From the NCBI RefSeq assembly GCF_009914755.1, contig NC_060939.1: a stretch of DNA of 64,000 bases, one strand, 5' to 3'. Origin of the DNA: the human T2T-CHM13v2.0 reference genome, Homo sapiens. Positions 11,600-26,500 of this stretch are shown piece after piece. The translations under genes and the position numbers were made by a program. The notes beneath the pieces are model-generated. The model made no database searches. It was not told the DNA's origin and worked only from the letters and a program-made list of their open reading frames with translations. Within the stretch, counting starts at the first letter, position 1, and each line of letters opens with the position of its first letter.

Positions 11600-14500
11600 A
11601 TTCTGTTCCATTCCATTCCGTTCCATTACATTGCATTCCATTCGGTACCATGCCATATTGTTCCATTCGATTCCATTCGAATCCATTCCATTCCAGTCCA
11701 TTCCATTCGATTCCATTCCATTCATTTCAATTCCATTCCATTCCATTCCATTACATTCCACTTGATTCCTCTCCATTCCCTTCCACTGCATTCCGTTCGA
11801 TTCCATTCCATTGCATTGCATTCCATTCCATTGGATTGCATTCCATTCGATTCCATTCCATTCGAATCAATTACATAGCAATCCATTACATTCGAGTCTA
11901 TTCTCTTCCGTTCCATTCGATTTCGTTCCAATCCATTCGATTCCATTCCATTCGATTCCATTCCATACTATTGCATTCCATTCGATTACATTATATTCGA
12001 ATAAGTTCCATTCAAGACCATTTCTTTTGAGTCCATTCTATTTGAGTCCATTCCCTTTGATTCCATAACATTTGAGTCCATTCAATTCCATTCCTTTCGT
12101 TTCCATTCCATTTGATGCCATTCCATTCAATTCTGTTCTACTCGACTCCAATACATTCAATTCCATTCCATCCGATTCCATTACATTCTTTTCATTTCTT
12201 ATCCATTTCAAGCCATTCCACTCCATTCCATTCCACTCGTTTCCTTTCCATTCGAGTCCATTCCTCTCCAGTCCATTCCGTTCAATCCATTCCATTCCAG
12301 TCCATTCCATTCGAGTCCGTTCCATTCCAGTCCATTCCATTCGAGTCAATTCCATTCCATTCGATGTCTTTCCATAACGATCCATTCCATTCTATTCCTT
12401 TCGATTCCATTCCATTCTATTTCATTCCTTTCGATTCCCTTCCATTGGACTCCTTTCCATTCGAGTGCATTCCATTCCGTTCCATTTCTTTCCGTTCTGT
12501 ACGATTCCTACCGTTCGATTTCATTTTGTTCCAGTCCATTCCTTTCGCGTCCATTCCATTCCATTTCACTCCATTCGATTCCATTCCACTCGATTCCACT
12601 TCGTTCCATTTCATTGCATTCCATTCTATTCAACTCTATTGCCTTCCATTCCATTCCATTCGATTACATTCCATGCGATTCCATTCGAAATCGAATCAAT
12701 TACATTGCAAACCATTACTATTGAGTCCGTTTTATTCCAGTCCACTGCATTCTGGTCCATTCCATTTGATTCCATTCCATTCTATTCCATTCCATACAGT
12801 TGCATTCCATTGGATTCCATGCTATATCTATAAATTCAATTCGAGACCATTGCTTTTGAGTCCATTCTATATGATTCCATTCCATTCAAGTCCATTACAT
12901 TTGGTTCAATTCCATTCCATTCCATTCCCTTTCATTCCATTCCATTTGATATCAATCCATTCGATTCCATTCCATTCGAGCACATTCCATTCGAGTCCAT
13001 TCCATTCGATGCCATTCCATTTGATTCTATTCCATTAGTCTCCATTCAATTCCATTAATCTCCATTCCATTCCATTCTACTCCAACTGATTCCATTCCAT
13101 TCTATTCCTTTCCATTCCATTTCATTCCATTCCATTCCACTCCATTCCATTCCATTCCATTCCATTCGTGTCCATTCCACTCCAGTCCATTCCATTCGTG
13201 TCCATTCCATTCCAGTCCATTCCATTTGTGTCCACTGCATTCCATTCCACTCCATTCCATATTATTCCATTACACTCCATTCCATTCTATTACTTTCATT
13301 TCCATTCAATTCCATTCCATTTGATTCCATTCCACTCGGTTTCATTCCATTTGAGTTCACTCCATTCCATTCCATTCCATTCCATTCAGTTCCATTCCAT
13401 TCCGTTCCATTACATTCCATTCCATTCGGTACCATTCCATATTGTTCCATTCGATTCCATTCGAATCCATTCCATTGCAGTCCATTCCATTCGATTCCAT
13501 TCCATTCATTTCAATTCCATTCCATTCCATTCCATTCCATTCCACTTGATTCCTCTCCATTCCCTTCCACTGCATTCCGTTCGATTCCATTCCATTGCAT
13601 TGCATTCCATTCCATTGGATTGCATTCCATTCGATTCCATTCCATTCGAATCAATTACATAGCAATCCATTACATTCGAGTCTATTCTATTCCGTTCCAT
13701 TCGATTTCGTTCCAATCCATTCGATTCCATTCCATTCGATTCCATTCCATACTATTGCATTCCATTCGATTACATTATATTCGAATAAGTTCCATTCAAG
13801 ACCATTTCTTTTGAGTCCATTCTATTTGAGTCCATTCCCTTTGATTCCATAACATTTGAGTCCATTCAATTCCATTCCTTTCGTTTCCATTCCATTTGAT
13901 GCCATTCCATTCAATTCTGTTCTACTCGACTCCAATACATTCAATTCCATTCCATCCGATTCCATTACATTCTTTTCATTTCTTATCCATTTCAAGCCAT
14001 TCCACTCCATTCCATTCCACTCGTTTCCTTTCCATTCGAGTCCATTCCTCTCCAGTCCATTCCGTTCAATCCATTCCATTCCAGTCCATTCCATTCGAGT
14101 CCGTTCCATTCCAGTCCATTCCATTCGAGTCAATTCCATTCCATTCGATGTCTTTCCATAACGATCCATTCCATTCTATTCCTTTCGATTCCATTCCATT
14201 CTATTTCATTCCATTCGATTCCCTTCCATTGGACTCCTTTCCATTCGAGTGCATTCCATTCCGTTCCATTTCTTTCCGTTCTGTACGATTCCTACCGTTC
14301 GATTTCATTTTGTTCCAGTCCATTCTTTCGCGTCCATTCCATTCCATTTCACTCCATTCGATTCCATTCCACTCGATTCCACTTCGTTCCATTTCATTGC
14401 ATTCCATTCTATTCAACTCTATTGCCTTCCATTCCATTCCATTCGATTACATTCCATGCGATTCCATTCGAAATCGAATCAATTACATTGCAATCCATTA

Positions 14501-17500
14501 CTATTGAGTCCGTTTTATTCCAGTCCACTGCATTCTGGTCCATTCCATTTGATTCCATTCCATTCTATTCCATTCCATACAGTTGCATTTCATTGGATTC
14601 CATGCTATATCTATAAATTCAATTCGAGACCATTGCTTTTGAGTCCATTCTATATGATTCCATTCCATTCAAGTCCATTACATTTGGTTCAATTCCATTC
14701 CATTCGGTTCAATTCCATTCCATTCCATTCCCTTCCATTCCATTCCAGTTGATATCAATCCATTCGATTCCATTCCATTCGAGCACATTCCATTCGAGTC
14801 CATTCCATTCGATGCCATTCCATTTGATTCTATTCCATTAGTCTCCATTCAATTCCATTAATCTCCATTCCATTCCATTCTACTCCAACTGATTCCATTC
14901 CATTCTATTCCTTTCCATTCCATTTCATTCCATTCCATTCCATTCCATTCCATTCCATTCCATTCGTGTCCATTCCACTCCAGTCCATTCTATTCGTATC
15001 CATTCCATTCCAGTCCATTCCATTTGTGTCCACTGCATTCCATTCCACTCCATTCCATATTATTCCATTACACTCCATTCCATTCTATTACTTTCATTTC
15101 CATTCAATTCCATTCCATTTGATTCCATTCCACTCGGTTTCATTCCATTTGAGTCCACTCCATTCCATTCCATTCCATTCAGTTCCATTCCATTCTGTTC
15201 CATTCCATTCCGTTCCATTACATTCCATTCCATTCGGTACCATTCCATATTGTTCCATTCGATTCCATTCGAATCCATTCCATTCCAGTCCATTCCATTC
15301 GATTCCATTCCATTCATTTCAATTCCATTCCATTCCATTCCATTACATTCCACTTGATTCCTCTCCATTCCCTTCCACTGCATTCCGTTCGATTCCATTC
15401 CATTGCATTGCATTCCATTCCATTGGATTGCATTCCATTCGATTCCATTCCATTCGAATCAATTACATAGCAATCCATTACATTCGAGTCTATTCTCTTC
15501 CGTTCCATTCGATTTCGTTCCAATCCATTCGATTCCATTCCATTCGATTCCATTCCATACTATTGCATTCCATTCGATTACATTATATTCGAATAAGTTC
15601 CATTCAAGACCATTTCTTTTGAGTCCATTCTATTTGAGTCCATTCCCTTTGATTCCATAACATTTGAGTCCATTCAATTCCATTCCTTTCGTTTCCATTC
15701 CATTTGATGCCATTCCATTCAATTCTGTTCTACTCGACTCCAATACATTCAATTCCATTCCATCCGATTCCATTACATTCTTTTCATTTCTTATCCATTT
15801 CAAGCCATTCCACTCCATTCCATTCCACTCGTTTCCTTTCCATTCGAGTCCATTCCTCTCCAGTCCATTCCGTTCAATCCATTCCATTCCAGTCCATTCC
15901 ATTCGAGTCCGTTCCATTCCAGTCCATTCCATTCGAGTCAATTCCATTCCATTCGATGTCTTTCCATAACGATCCATTCCATTCTATTCCTTTCGATTCC
16001 ATTCCATTCTATTTCATTCCTTTCGATTCCCTTCCATTGGACTCCTTTCCATTCGAGTGCATTCCATTCCGTTCCATTTCTTTCCGTTCTGTACGATTCC
16101 TACCGTTCGATTTCATTTTGTTCCAGTCCATTCCTTTCGCGTCCATTCCATTCCATTTCACTCCATTCGATTCCATTCCACTCGATTCCACTTCGTTCCA
16201 TTTCATTGCATTCCATTCTATTCAACTCTATTGCCTTCCATTCCATTCCATTCGATTACATTCCATGCGATTCCATTCGAAATCGAATCAATTACATTGC
16301 AAACCATTACTATTGAGTCCGTTTTATTCCAGTCCACTGCATTCTGGTCCATTCCATTTGATTCCATTCCATTCTATTCCATTCCATACAGTTGCATTCC
16401 ATTGGATTCCATGCTATATCTATAAATTCAATTCGAGACCATTGCTTTTGAGTCCATTCTATATGATTCCATTCCATTCAAGTCCATTACATTTGGTTCA
16501 ATTCCATTCCATTCCATTCCCTTTCATTCCATTCCATTTGATATCAATCCATTCGATTCCATTCCATTCGAGCACATTCCATTCGAGTCCATTCCATTCG
16601 ATGCCATTCCATTTGATTCTATTCCATTAGTCTCCATTCAATTCCATTAATCTCCATTCCATTCCATTCTACTCCAACTGATTCCATTCCATTCTATTCC
16701 TTTCCATTCCATTTCATTCCATTCCATTCCACTCCATTCCATTCCATTCCATTCCATTCGTGTCCATTCCACTCCAGTCCATTCCATTCGTGTCCATTCC
16801 ATTCCAGTCCATTCCATTTGTGTCCACTGCATTCCATTCCACTCCATTCCATATTATTCCATTACACTCCATTCCATTCTATTACTTTCATTTCCATTCA
16901 ATTCCATTCCATTTGATTCCATTCCACTCGGTTTCATTCCATTTGAGTTCACTCCATTCCATTCCATTCCATTCCATTCAGTTCCATTCCATTCCGTTCC
17001 ATTACATTCCATTCCATTCGGTACCATTCCATATTGTTCCATTCGATTCCATTCGAATCCATTCCATTGCAGTCCATTCCATTCGATTCCATTCCATTCA
17101 TTTCAATTCCATTCCATTCCATTCCATTCCATTCCACTTGATTCCTCTCCATTCCCTTCCACTGCATTCCGTTCGATTCCATTCCATTGCATTGCATTCC
17201 ATTCCATTGGATTGCATTCCATTCGATTCCATTCCATTCGAATCAATTACATAGCAATCCATTACATTCGAGTCTATTCTATTCCGTTCCATTCGATTTC
17301 GTTCCAATCCATTCGATTCCATTCCATTCGATTCCATTCCATACTATTGCATTCCATTCGATTACATTATATTCGAATAAGTTCCATTCAAGACCATTTC
17401 TTTTGAGTCCATTCTATTTGAGTCCATTCCCTTTGATTCCATAACATTTGAGTCCATTCAATTCCATTCCTTTCGTTTCCATTCCATTTGATGCCATTCC

Positions 17501-20500
17501 ATTCAATTCTGTTCTACTCGACTCCAATACATTCAATTCCATTCCATCCGATTCCATTACATTCTTTTCATTTCTTATCCATTTCAAGCCATTCCACTCC
17601 ATTCCATTCCACTCGTTTCCTTTCCATTCGAGTCCATTCCTCTCCAGTCCATTCCGTTCAATCCATTCCATTCCAGTCCATTCCATTCGAGTCCGTTCCA
17701 TTCCAGTCCATTCCATTCGAGTCAATTCCATTCCATTCGATGTCTTTCCATAACGATCCATTCCATTCTATTCCTTTCGATTCCATTCCATTCTATTTCA
17801 TTCCATTCGATTCCCTTCCATTGGACTCCTTTCCATTCGAGTGCATTCCATTCCGTTCCATTTCTTTCCGTTCTGTACGATTCCTACCGTTCGATTTCAT
17901 TTTGTTCCAGTCCATTCTTTCGCGTCCATTCCATTCCATTTCACTCCATTCGATTCCATTCCACTCGATTCCACTTCGTTCCATTTCATTGCATTCCATT
18001 CTATTCAACTCTATTGCCTTCCATTCCATTCCATTCGATTACATTCCATGCGATTCCATTCGAAATCGAATCAATTACATTGCAATCCATTACTATTGAG
18101 TCCGTTTTATTCCAGTCCACTGCATTCTGGTCCATTCCATTTGATTCCATTCCATTCTATTCCATTCCATACAGTTGCATTTCATTGGATTCCATGCTAT
18201 ATCTATAAATTCAATTCGAGACCATTGCTTTTGAGTCCATTCTATATGATTCCATTCCATTCAAGTCCATTACATTTGGTTCAATTCCATTCCATTCGGT
18301 TCAATTCCATTCCATTCCATTCCCTTCCATTCCATTCCAGTTGATATCAATCCATTCGATTCCATTCCATTCGAGCACATTCCATTCGAGTCCATTCCAT
18401 TCGATGCCATTCCATTTGATTCTATTCCATTAGTCTCCATTCAATTCCATTAATCTCCATTCCATTCCATTCTACTCCAACTGATTCCATTCCATTCTAT
18501 TCCTTTTTATTCCATTCCATTCCATTCCATTCCATTCCATTCGTGTCCATTCCACTCCAGTCCATTCCATTCGTATCCATTCCATTCCAGTCCATTCCAT
18601 TTGTGTCCACTGCATTCCATTCCACTCCATTCCATATTATTCCATTACACTCCATTCCATTCTATTACTTTCATTTCCATTCAATTCCATTCCATTTGAT
18701 TCCATTCCACTCGGTTTCATTCTATTTGAGTCCACTCCATTCCATTCCATTCCATTCAGTTCCATTCCATTCTGTTCCATTCCATTCCGTTCCATTACAT
18801 TGCATTCCATTCGGTACCATGCCATATTGTTCCATTCGATTCCATTCGAATCCATTCCATTCCAGTCCATTCCATTCGATTCCATTCCATTCATTTCAAT
18901 TCCATTCCATTCCATTCCATTACATTCCACTTGATTCCTCTCCATTCCCTTCCACTGCATTCCGTTCGATTCCATTCCATTGCATTGCATTCCATTCCAT
19001 TGGATTGCATTCCATTCGATTCCATTCCATTCGAATCAATTACATAGCAATCCATTACATTCGAGTCTATTCTCTTCCGTTCCATTCGATTTCGTTCCAA
19101 TCCATTCGATTCCATTCCATTCGATTCCATTCCATACTATTGCATTCCATTCGATTACATTATATTCGAATAAGTTCCATTCAAGACCATTTCTTTTGAG
19201 TCCATTCTATTTGAGTCCATTCCCTTTGATTCCATAACATTTGAGTCCATTCAATTCCATTCCTTTCGTTTCCATTCCATTTGATGCCATTCCATTCAAT
19301 TCTGTTCTACTCGACTCCAATACATTCAATTCCATTCCATCCGATTCCATTACATTCTTTTCATTTCTTATCCATTTCAAGCCATTCCACTCCATTCCAT
19401 TCCACTCGTTTCCTTTCCATTCGAGTCCATTCCTCTCCAGTCCATTCCGTTCAATCCATTCCATTCCAGTCCATTCCATTCGAGTCCGTTCCATTCCAGT
19501 CCATTCCATTCGAGTCAATTCCATTCCATTCGATGTCTTTCCATAACGATCCATTCCATTCTATTCCTTTCGATTCCATTCCATTCTATTTCATTCCTTT
19601 CGATTCCCTTCCATTGGACTCCTTTCCATTCGAGTGCATTCCATTCCGTTCCATTTCTTTCCGTTCTGTACGATTCCTACCGTTCGATTTCATTTTGTTC
19701 CAGTCCATTCCTTTCGCGTCCATTCCATTCCATTTCACTCCATTCGATTCCATTCCACTCGATTCCACTTCGTTCCATTTCATTGCATTCCATTCTATTC
19801 AACTCTATTGCCTTCCATTCCATTCCATTCGATTACATTCCATGCGATTCCATTCGAAATCGAATCAATTACATTGCAAACCATTACTATTGAGTCCGTT
19901 TTATTCCAGTCCACTGCATTCTGGTCCATTCCATTTGATTCCATTCCATTCTATTCCATTCCATACAGTTGCATTCCATTGGATTCCATGCTATATCTAT
20001 AAATTCAATTCGAGACCATTGCTTTTGAGTCCATTCTATATGATTCCATTCCATTCAAGTCCATTACATTTGGTTCAATTCCATTCCATTCCATTCCCTT
20101 TCATTCCATTCCATTTGATATCAATCCATTCGATTCCATTCCATTCGAGCACATTCCATTCGAGTCCATTCCATTCGATGCCATTCCATTTGATTCTATT
20201 CCATTAGTCTCCATTCAATTCCATTAATCTCCATTCCATTCCATTCTACTCCAACTGATTCCATTCCATTCTATTCCTTTCCATTCCATTTCATTCCATT
20301 CCATTCCACTCCATTCCATTCCATTCCATTCCATTCGTGTCCATTCCACTCCAGTCCATTCCATTCGTGTCCATTCCATTCCAGTCCATTCCATTTGTGT
20401 CCACTGCATTCCATTCCACTCCATTCCATATTATTCCATTACACTCCATTCCATTCTATTACTTTCATTTCCATTCAATTCCATTCCATTTGATTCCATT

Positions 20501-23500
20501 CCACTCGGTTTCATTCCATTTGAGTTCACTCCATTCCATTCCATTCCATTCCATTCAGTTCCATTCCATTCCGTTCCATTACATTCCATTCCATTCGGTA
20601 CCATTCCATATTGTTCCATTCGATTCCATTCGAATCCATTCCATTGCAGTCCATTCCATTCGATTCCATTCCATTCATTTCAATTCCATTCCATTCCATT
20701 CCATTCCATTCCACTTGATTCCTCTCCATTCCCTTCCACTGCATTCCGTTCGATTCCATTCCATTGCATTGCATTCCATTCCATTGGATTGCATTCCATT
20801 CGATTCCATTCCATTCGAATCAATTACATAGCAATCCATTACATTCGAGTCTATTCTATTCCGTTCCATTCGATTTCGTTCCAATCCATTCGATTCCATT
20901 CCATTCGATTCCATTCCATACTATTGCATTCCATTCGATTACATTATATTCGAATAAGTTCCATTCAAGACCATTTCTTTTGAGTCCATTCTATTTGAGT
21001 CCATTCCCTTTGATTCCATAACATTTGAGTCCATTCAATTCCATTCCTTTCGTTTCCATTCCATTTGATGCCATTCCATTCAATTCTGTTCTACTCGACT
21101 CCAATACATTCAATTCCATTCCATCCGATTCCATTACATTCTTTTCATTTCTTATCCATTTCAAGCCATTCCACTCCATTCCATTCCACTCGTTTCCTTT
21201 CCATTCGAGTCCATTCCTCTCCAGTCCATTCCGTTCAATCCATTCCATTCCAGTCCATTCCATTCGAGTCCGTTCCATTCCAGTCCATTCCATTCGAGTC
21301 AATTCCATTCCATTCGATGTCTTTCCATAACGATCCATTCCATTCTATTCCTTTCGATTCCATTCCATTCTATTTCATTCCATTCGATTCCCTTCCATTG
21401 GACTCCTTTCCATTCGAGTGCATTCCATTCCGTTCCATTTCTTTCCGTTCTGTACGATTCCTACCGTTCGATTTCATTTTGTTCCAGTCCATTCTTTCGC
21501 GTCCATTCCATTCCATTTCACTCCATTCGATTCCATTCCACTCGATTCCACTTCGTTCCATTTCATTGCATTCCATTCTATTCAACTCTATTGCCTTCCA
21601 TTCCATTCCATTCGATTACATTCCATGCGATTCCATTCGAAATCGAATCAATTACATTGCAATCCATTACTATTGAGTCCGTTTTATTCCAGTCCACTGC
21701 ATTCTGGTCCATTCCATTTGATTCCATTCCATTCTATTCCATTCCATACAGTTGCATTTCATTGGATTCCATGCTATATCTATAAATTCAATTCGAGACC
21801 ATTGCTTTTGAGTCCATTCTATATGATTCCATTCCATTCAAGTCCATTACATTTGGTTCAATTCCATTCCATTCGGTTCAATTCCATTCCATTCCATTCC
21901 CTTCCATTCCATTCCAGTTGATATCAATCCATTCGATTCCATTCCATTCGAGCACATTCCATTCGAGTCCATTCCATTCGATGCCATTCCATTTGATTCT
22001 ATTCCATTAGTCTCCATTCAATTCCATTAATCTCCATTCCATTCCATTCTACTCCAACTGATTCCATTCCATTCTATTCCTTTCCATTCCATTTCATTCC
22101 ATTCCATTCCATTCCATTCCATTCCATTCCATTCGTGTCCATTCCACTCCAGTCCATTCCATTCGTATCCATTCCATTCCAGTCCATTCCATTTGTGTCC
22201 ACTGCATTCCATTCCACTCCATTCCATATTATTCCATTACACTCCATTCCATTCTATTACTTTCATTTCCATTCAATTCCATTCCATTTGATTCCATTCC
22301 ACTCGGTTTCATTCCATTTGAGTCCACTCCATTCCATTCCATTCCATTCAGTTCCATTCCATTCTGTTCCATTCCATTCCGTTCCATTACATTCCATTCC
22401 ATTCGGTACCATTCCATATTGTTCCATTCGATTCCATTCGAATCCATTCCATTCCAGTCCATTCCATTCGATTCCATTCCATTCATTTCAATTCCATTCC
22501 ATTCCATTCCATTACATTCCACTTGATTCCTCTCCATTCCCTTCCACTGCATTCCGTTCGATTCCATTCCATTGCATTGCATTCCATTCCATTGGATTGC
22601 ATTCCATTCGATTCCATTCCATTCGAATCAATTACATAGCAATCCATTACATTCGAGTCTATTCTCTTCCGTTCCATTCGATTTCGTTCCAATCCATTCG
22701 ATTCCATTCCATTCGATTCCATTCCATACTATTGCATTCCATTCGATTACATTATATTCGAATAAGTTCCATTCAAGACCATTTCTTTTGAGTCCATTCT
22801 ATTTGAGTCCATTCCCTTTGATTCCATAACATTTGAGTCCATTCAATTCCATTCCTTTCGTTTCCATTCCATTTGATGCCATTCCATTCAATTCTGTTCT
22901 ACTCGACTCCAATACATTCAATTCCATTCCATCCGATTCCATTACATTCTTTTCATTTCTTATCCATTTCAAGCCATTCCACTCCATTCCATTCCACTCG
23001 TTTCCTTTCCATTCGAGTCCATTCCTCTCCAGTCCATTCCGTTCAATCCATTCCATTCCAGTCCATTCCATTCGAGTCCGTTCCATTCCAGTCCATTCCA
23101 TTCGAGTCAATTCCATTCCATTCGATGTCTTTCCATAACGATCCATTCCATTCTATTCCTTTCGATTCCATTCCATTCTATTTCATTCCATTCGATTCCC
23201 TTCCATTGGACTCCTTTCCATTCGAGTGCATTCCATTCCGTTCCATTTCTTTCCGTTCTGTACGATTCCTACCGTTCGATTTCATTTTGTTCCAGTCCAT
23301 TCTTTCGCGTCCATTCATTCCATTTCACTCCATTCGATTCCATTCCACTCGATTCCACTTCGTTCCATTTCATTGCATTCCATTCTATTCAACTCTATTG
23401 CCTTCCATTCCATTCCATTCGATTACATTCCATGCGATTCCATTCAAAATCGAATCAATTACATTGCAATCCATTACTATTGAGTCCGTTTTATTCCAGT

Positions 23501-26500
23501 CCACTGCATTCTGGTCCATTCCATTTGATTCCATTCCATTCTATTCCATTCCATACAGTTGCATTCCATTGGATTCCATGCTATATCTATAAATTCAATT
23601 CGAGACCATTGCTTTTGAGTCCATTCTATATGATTCCATTCCATTCAAGTCCATTACATTTGGTTAAATTCCATTCCATTCGGTTCAATTCCATTCCATT
23701 CCATTCCCTTCCATTCCATTCCAGTTGATATCAATCCATTCGATTCCATTCCATTCGAGCACATTCCATTCGAGTCCATTCCATTCGATGCCATTCCATT
23801 TGATTCTATTCCATTAGTCTCCATTCAATTCCATTAATCTCCATTCCATTCCATTCTACTCCAACTGATTCCATTCCATTCTATTCCTTTCCATTCCATT
23901 TCATTCCATTCCATTCCATTCCATTCCATTCCATTCCATTCCATTCGTGTCCATTCCACTCCAGTCCATTCCATTCGTATCCATTCCATTCCAGTCCATT
24001 CCATTTGTGTCCACTGCATTCCATTCCACTCCATTCCATATTATTCCATTACACTCCATTCCATTCTATTACTTTCATTTCCATTCAATTCCATTCCATT
24101 TGATTCCATTCCACTCGGTTTCATTCCATTTGAGTCCACTCCATTCCATTCCATTCCATTCAGTTCCATTCCATTCTGTTCCATTCCATTCCGTTCCATT
24201 ACATTGCATTCCATTCGGTACCATGCCATATTGTTCCATTCGATTCCATTCGAATCCATTCCATTCCAGTCCATTCCATTCGATTCCATTCCATTCATTT
24301 CAATTCCATTCCATTCCATTCCATTACATTCCACTTGATTCCTCTCCATTCCCTTCCACTGCATTCCGTTCGATTCCATTCCATTGCATTGCATTCCATT
24401 CCATTGGATTGCATTCCATTCGATTCCATTCCATTCGAATCAATTACATAGCAATCCATTACATTCGAGTCTATTCTCTTCCGTTCCATTCGATTTCGTT
24501 CCAATCCATTCGATTCCATTCCATTCGATTCCATTCCATACTATTGCATTCCATTCGATTACATTATATTCGAATAAGTTCCATTCAAGACCATTTCTTT
24601 TGAGTCCATTCTATTTGAGTCCATTCCCTTTGATTCCATAACATTTGAGTCCATTCAATTCCATTCCTTTCGTTTCCATTCCATTTGATGCCATTCCATT
24701 CAATTCTGTTCTACTCGACTCCAATACATTCAATTCCATTCCATCCGATTCCATTACATTCTTTTCATTTCTTATCCATTTCAAGCCATTCCACTCCATT
24801 CCATTCCACTCGTTTCCTTTCCATTCGAGTCCATTCCTCTCCAGTCCATTCCGTTCAATCCATTCCATTCCAGTCCATTCCATTCGAGTCCGTTCCATTC
24901 CAGTCCATTCCATTCGAGTCAATTCCATTCCATTCGATGTCTTTCCATAACGATCCATTCCATTCTATTCCTTTCGATTCCATTCCATTCTATTTCATTC
25001 CTTTCGATTCCCTTCCATTGGACTCCTTTCCATTCGAGTGCATTCCATTCCGTTCCATTTCTTTCCGTTCTGTACGATTCCTACCGTTCGATTTCATTTT
25101 GTTCCAGTCCATTCCTTTCGCGTCCATTCCATTCCATTTCACTCCATTCGATTCCATTCCACTCGATTCCACTTCGTTCCATTTCATTGCATTCCATTCT
25201 ATTCAACTCTATTGCCTTCCATTCCATTCCATTCGATTACATTCCATGCGATTCCATTCGAAATCGAATCAATTACATTGCAAACCATTACTATTGAGTC
25301 CGTTTTATTCCAGTCCACTGCATTCTGGTCCATTCCATTTGATTCCATTCCATTCTATTCCATTCCATACAGTTGCATTCCATTGGATTCCATGCTATAT
25401 CTATAAATTCAATTCGAGACCATTGCTTTTGAGTCCATTCTATATGATTCCATTCCATTCAAGTCCATTACATTTGGTTCAATTCCATTCCATTCCATTC
25501 CCTTTCATTCCATTCCATTTGATATCAATCCATTCGATTCCATTCCATTCGAGCACATTCCATTCGAGTCCATTCCATTCGATGCCATTCCATTTGATTC
25601 TATTCCATTAGTCTCCATTCAATTCCATTAATCTCCATTCCATTCCATTCTACTCCAACTGATTCCATTCCATTCTATTCCTTTCCATTCCATTTCATTC
25701 CATTCCATTCCACTCCATTCCATTCCATTCCATTCCATTCGTGTCCATTCCACTCCAGTCCATTCCATTCGTGTCCATTCCATTCCAGTCCATTCCATTT
25801 GTGTCCACTGCATTCCATTCCACTCCATTCCATATTATTCCATTACACTCCATTCCATTCTATTACTTTCATTTCCATTCAATTCCATTCCATTTGATTC
25901 CATTCCACTCGGTTTCATTCCATTTGAGTTCACTCCATTCCATTCCATTCCATTCCATTCAGTTCCATTCCATTCCGTTCCATTACATTCCATTCCATTC
26001 GGTACCATTCCATATTGTTCCATTCGATTCCATTCGAATCCATTCCATTGCAGTCCATTCCATTCGATTCCATTCCATTCATTTCAATTCCATTCCATTC
26101 CATTCCATTCCATTCCACTTGATTCCTCTCCATTCCCTTCCACTGCATTCCGTTCGATTCCATTCCATTGCATTGCATTCCATTCCATTGGATTGCATTC
26201 CATTCGATTCCATTCCATTCGAATCAATTACATAGCAATCCATTACATTCGAGTCTATTCTATTCCGTTCCATTCGATTTCGTTCCAATCCATTCGATTC
26301 CATTCCATTCGATTCCATTCCATACTATTGCATTCCATTCGATTACATTATATTCGAATAAGTTCCATTCAAGACCATTTCTTTTGAGTCCATTCTATTT
26401 GAGTCCATTCCCTTTGATTCCATAACATTTGAGTCCATTCAATTCCATTCCTTTCGTTTCCATTCCATTTGATGCCATTCCATTCAATTCTGTTCTACTC

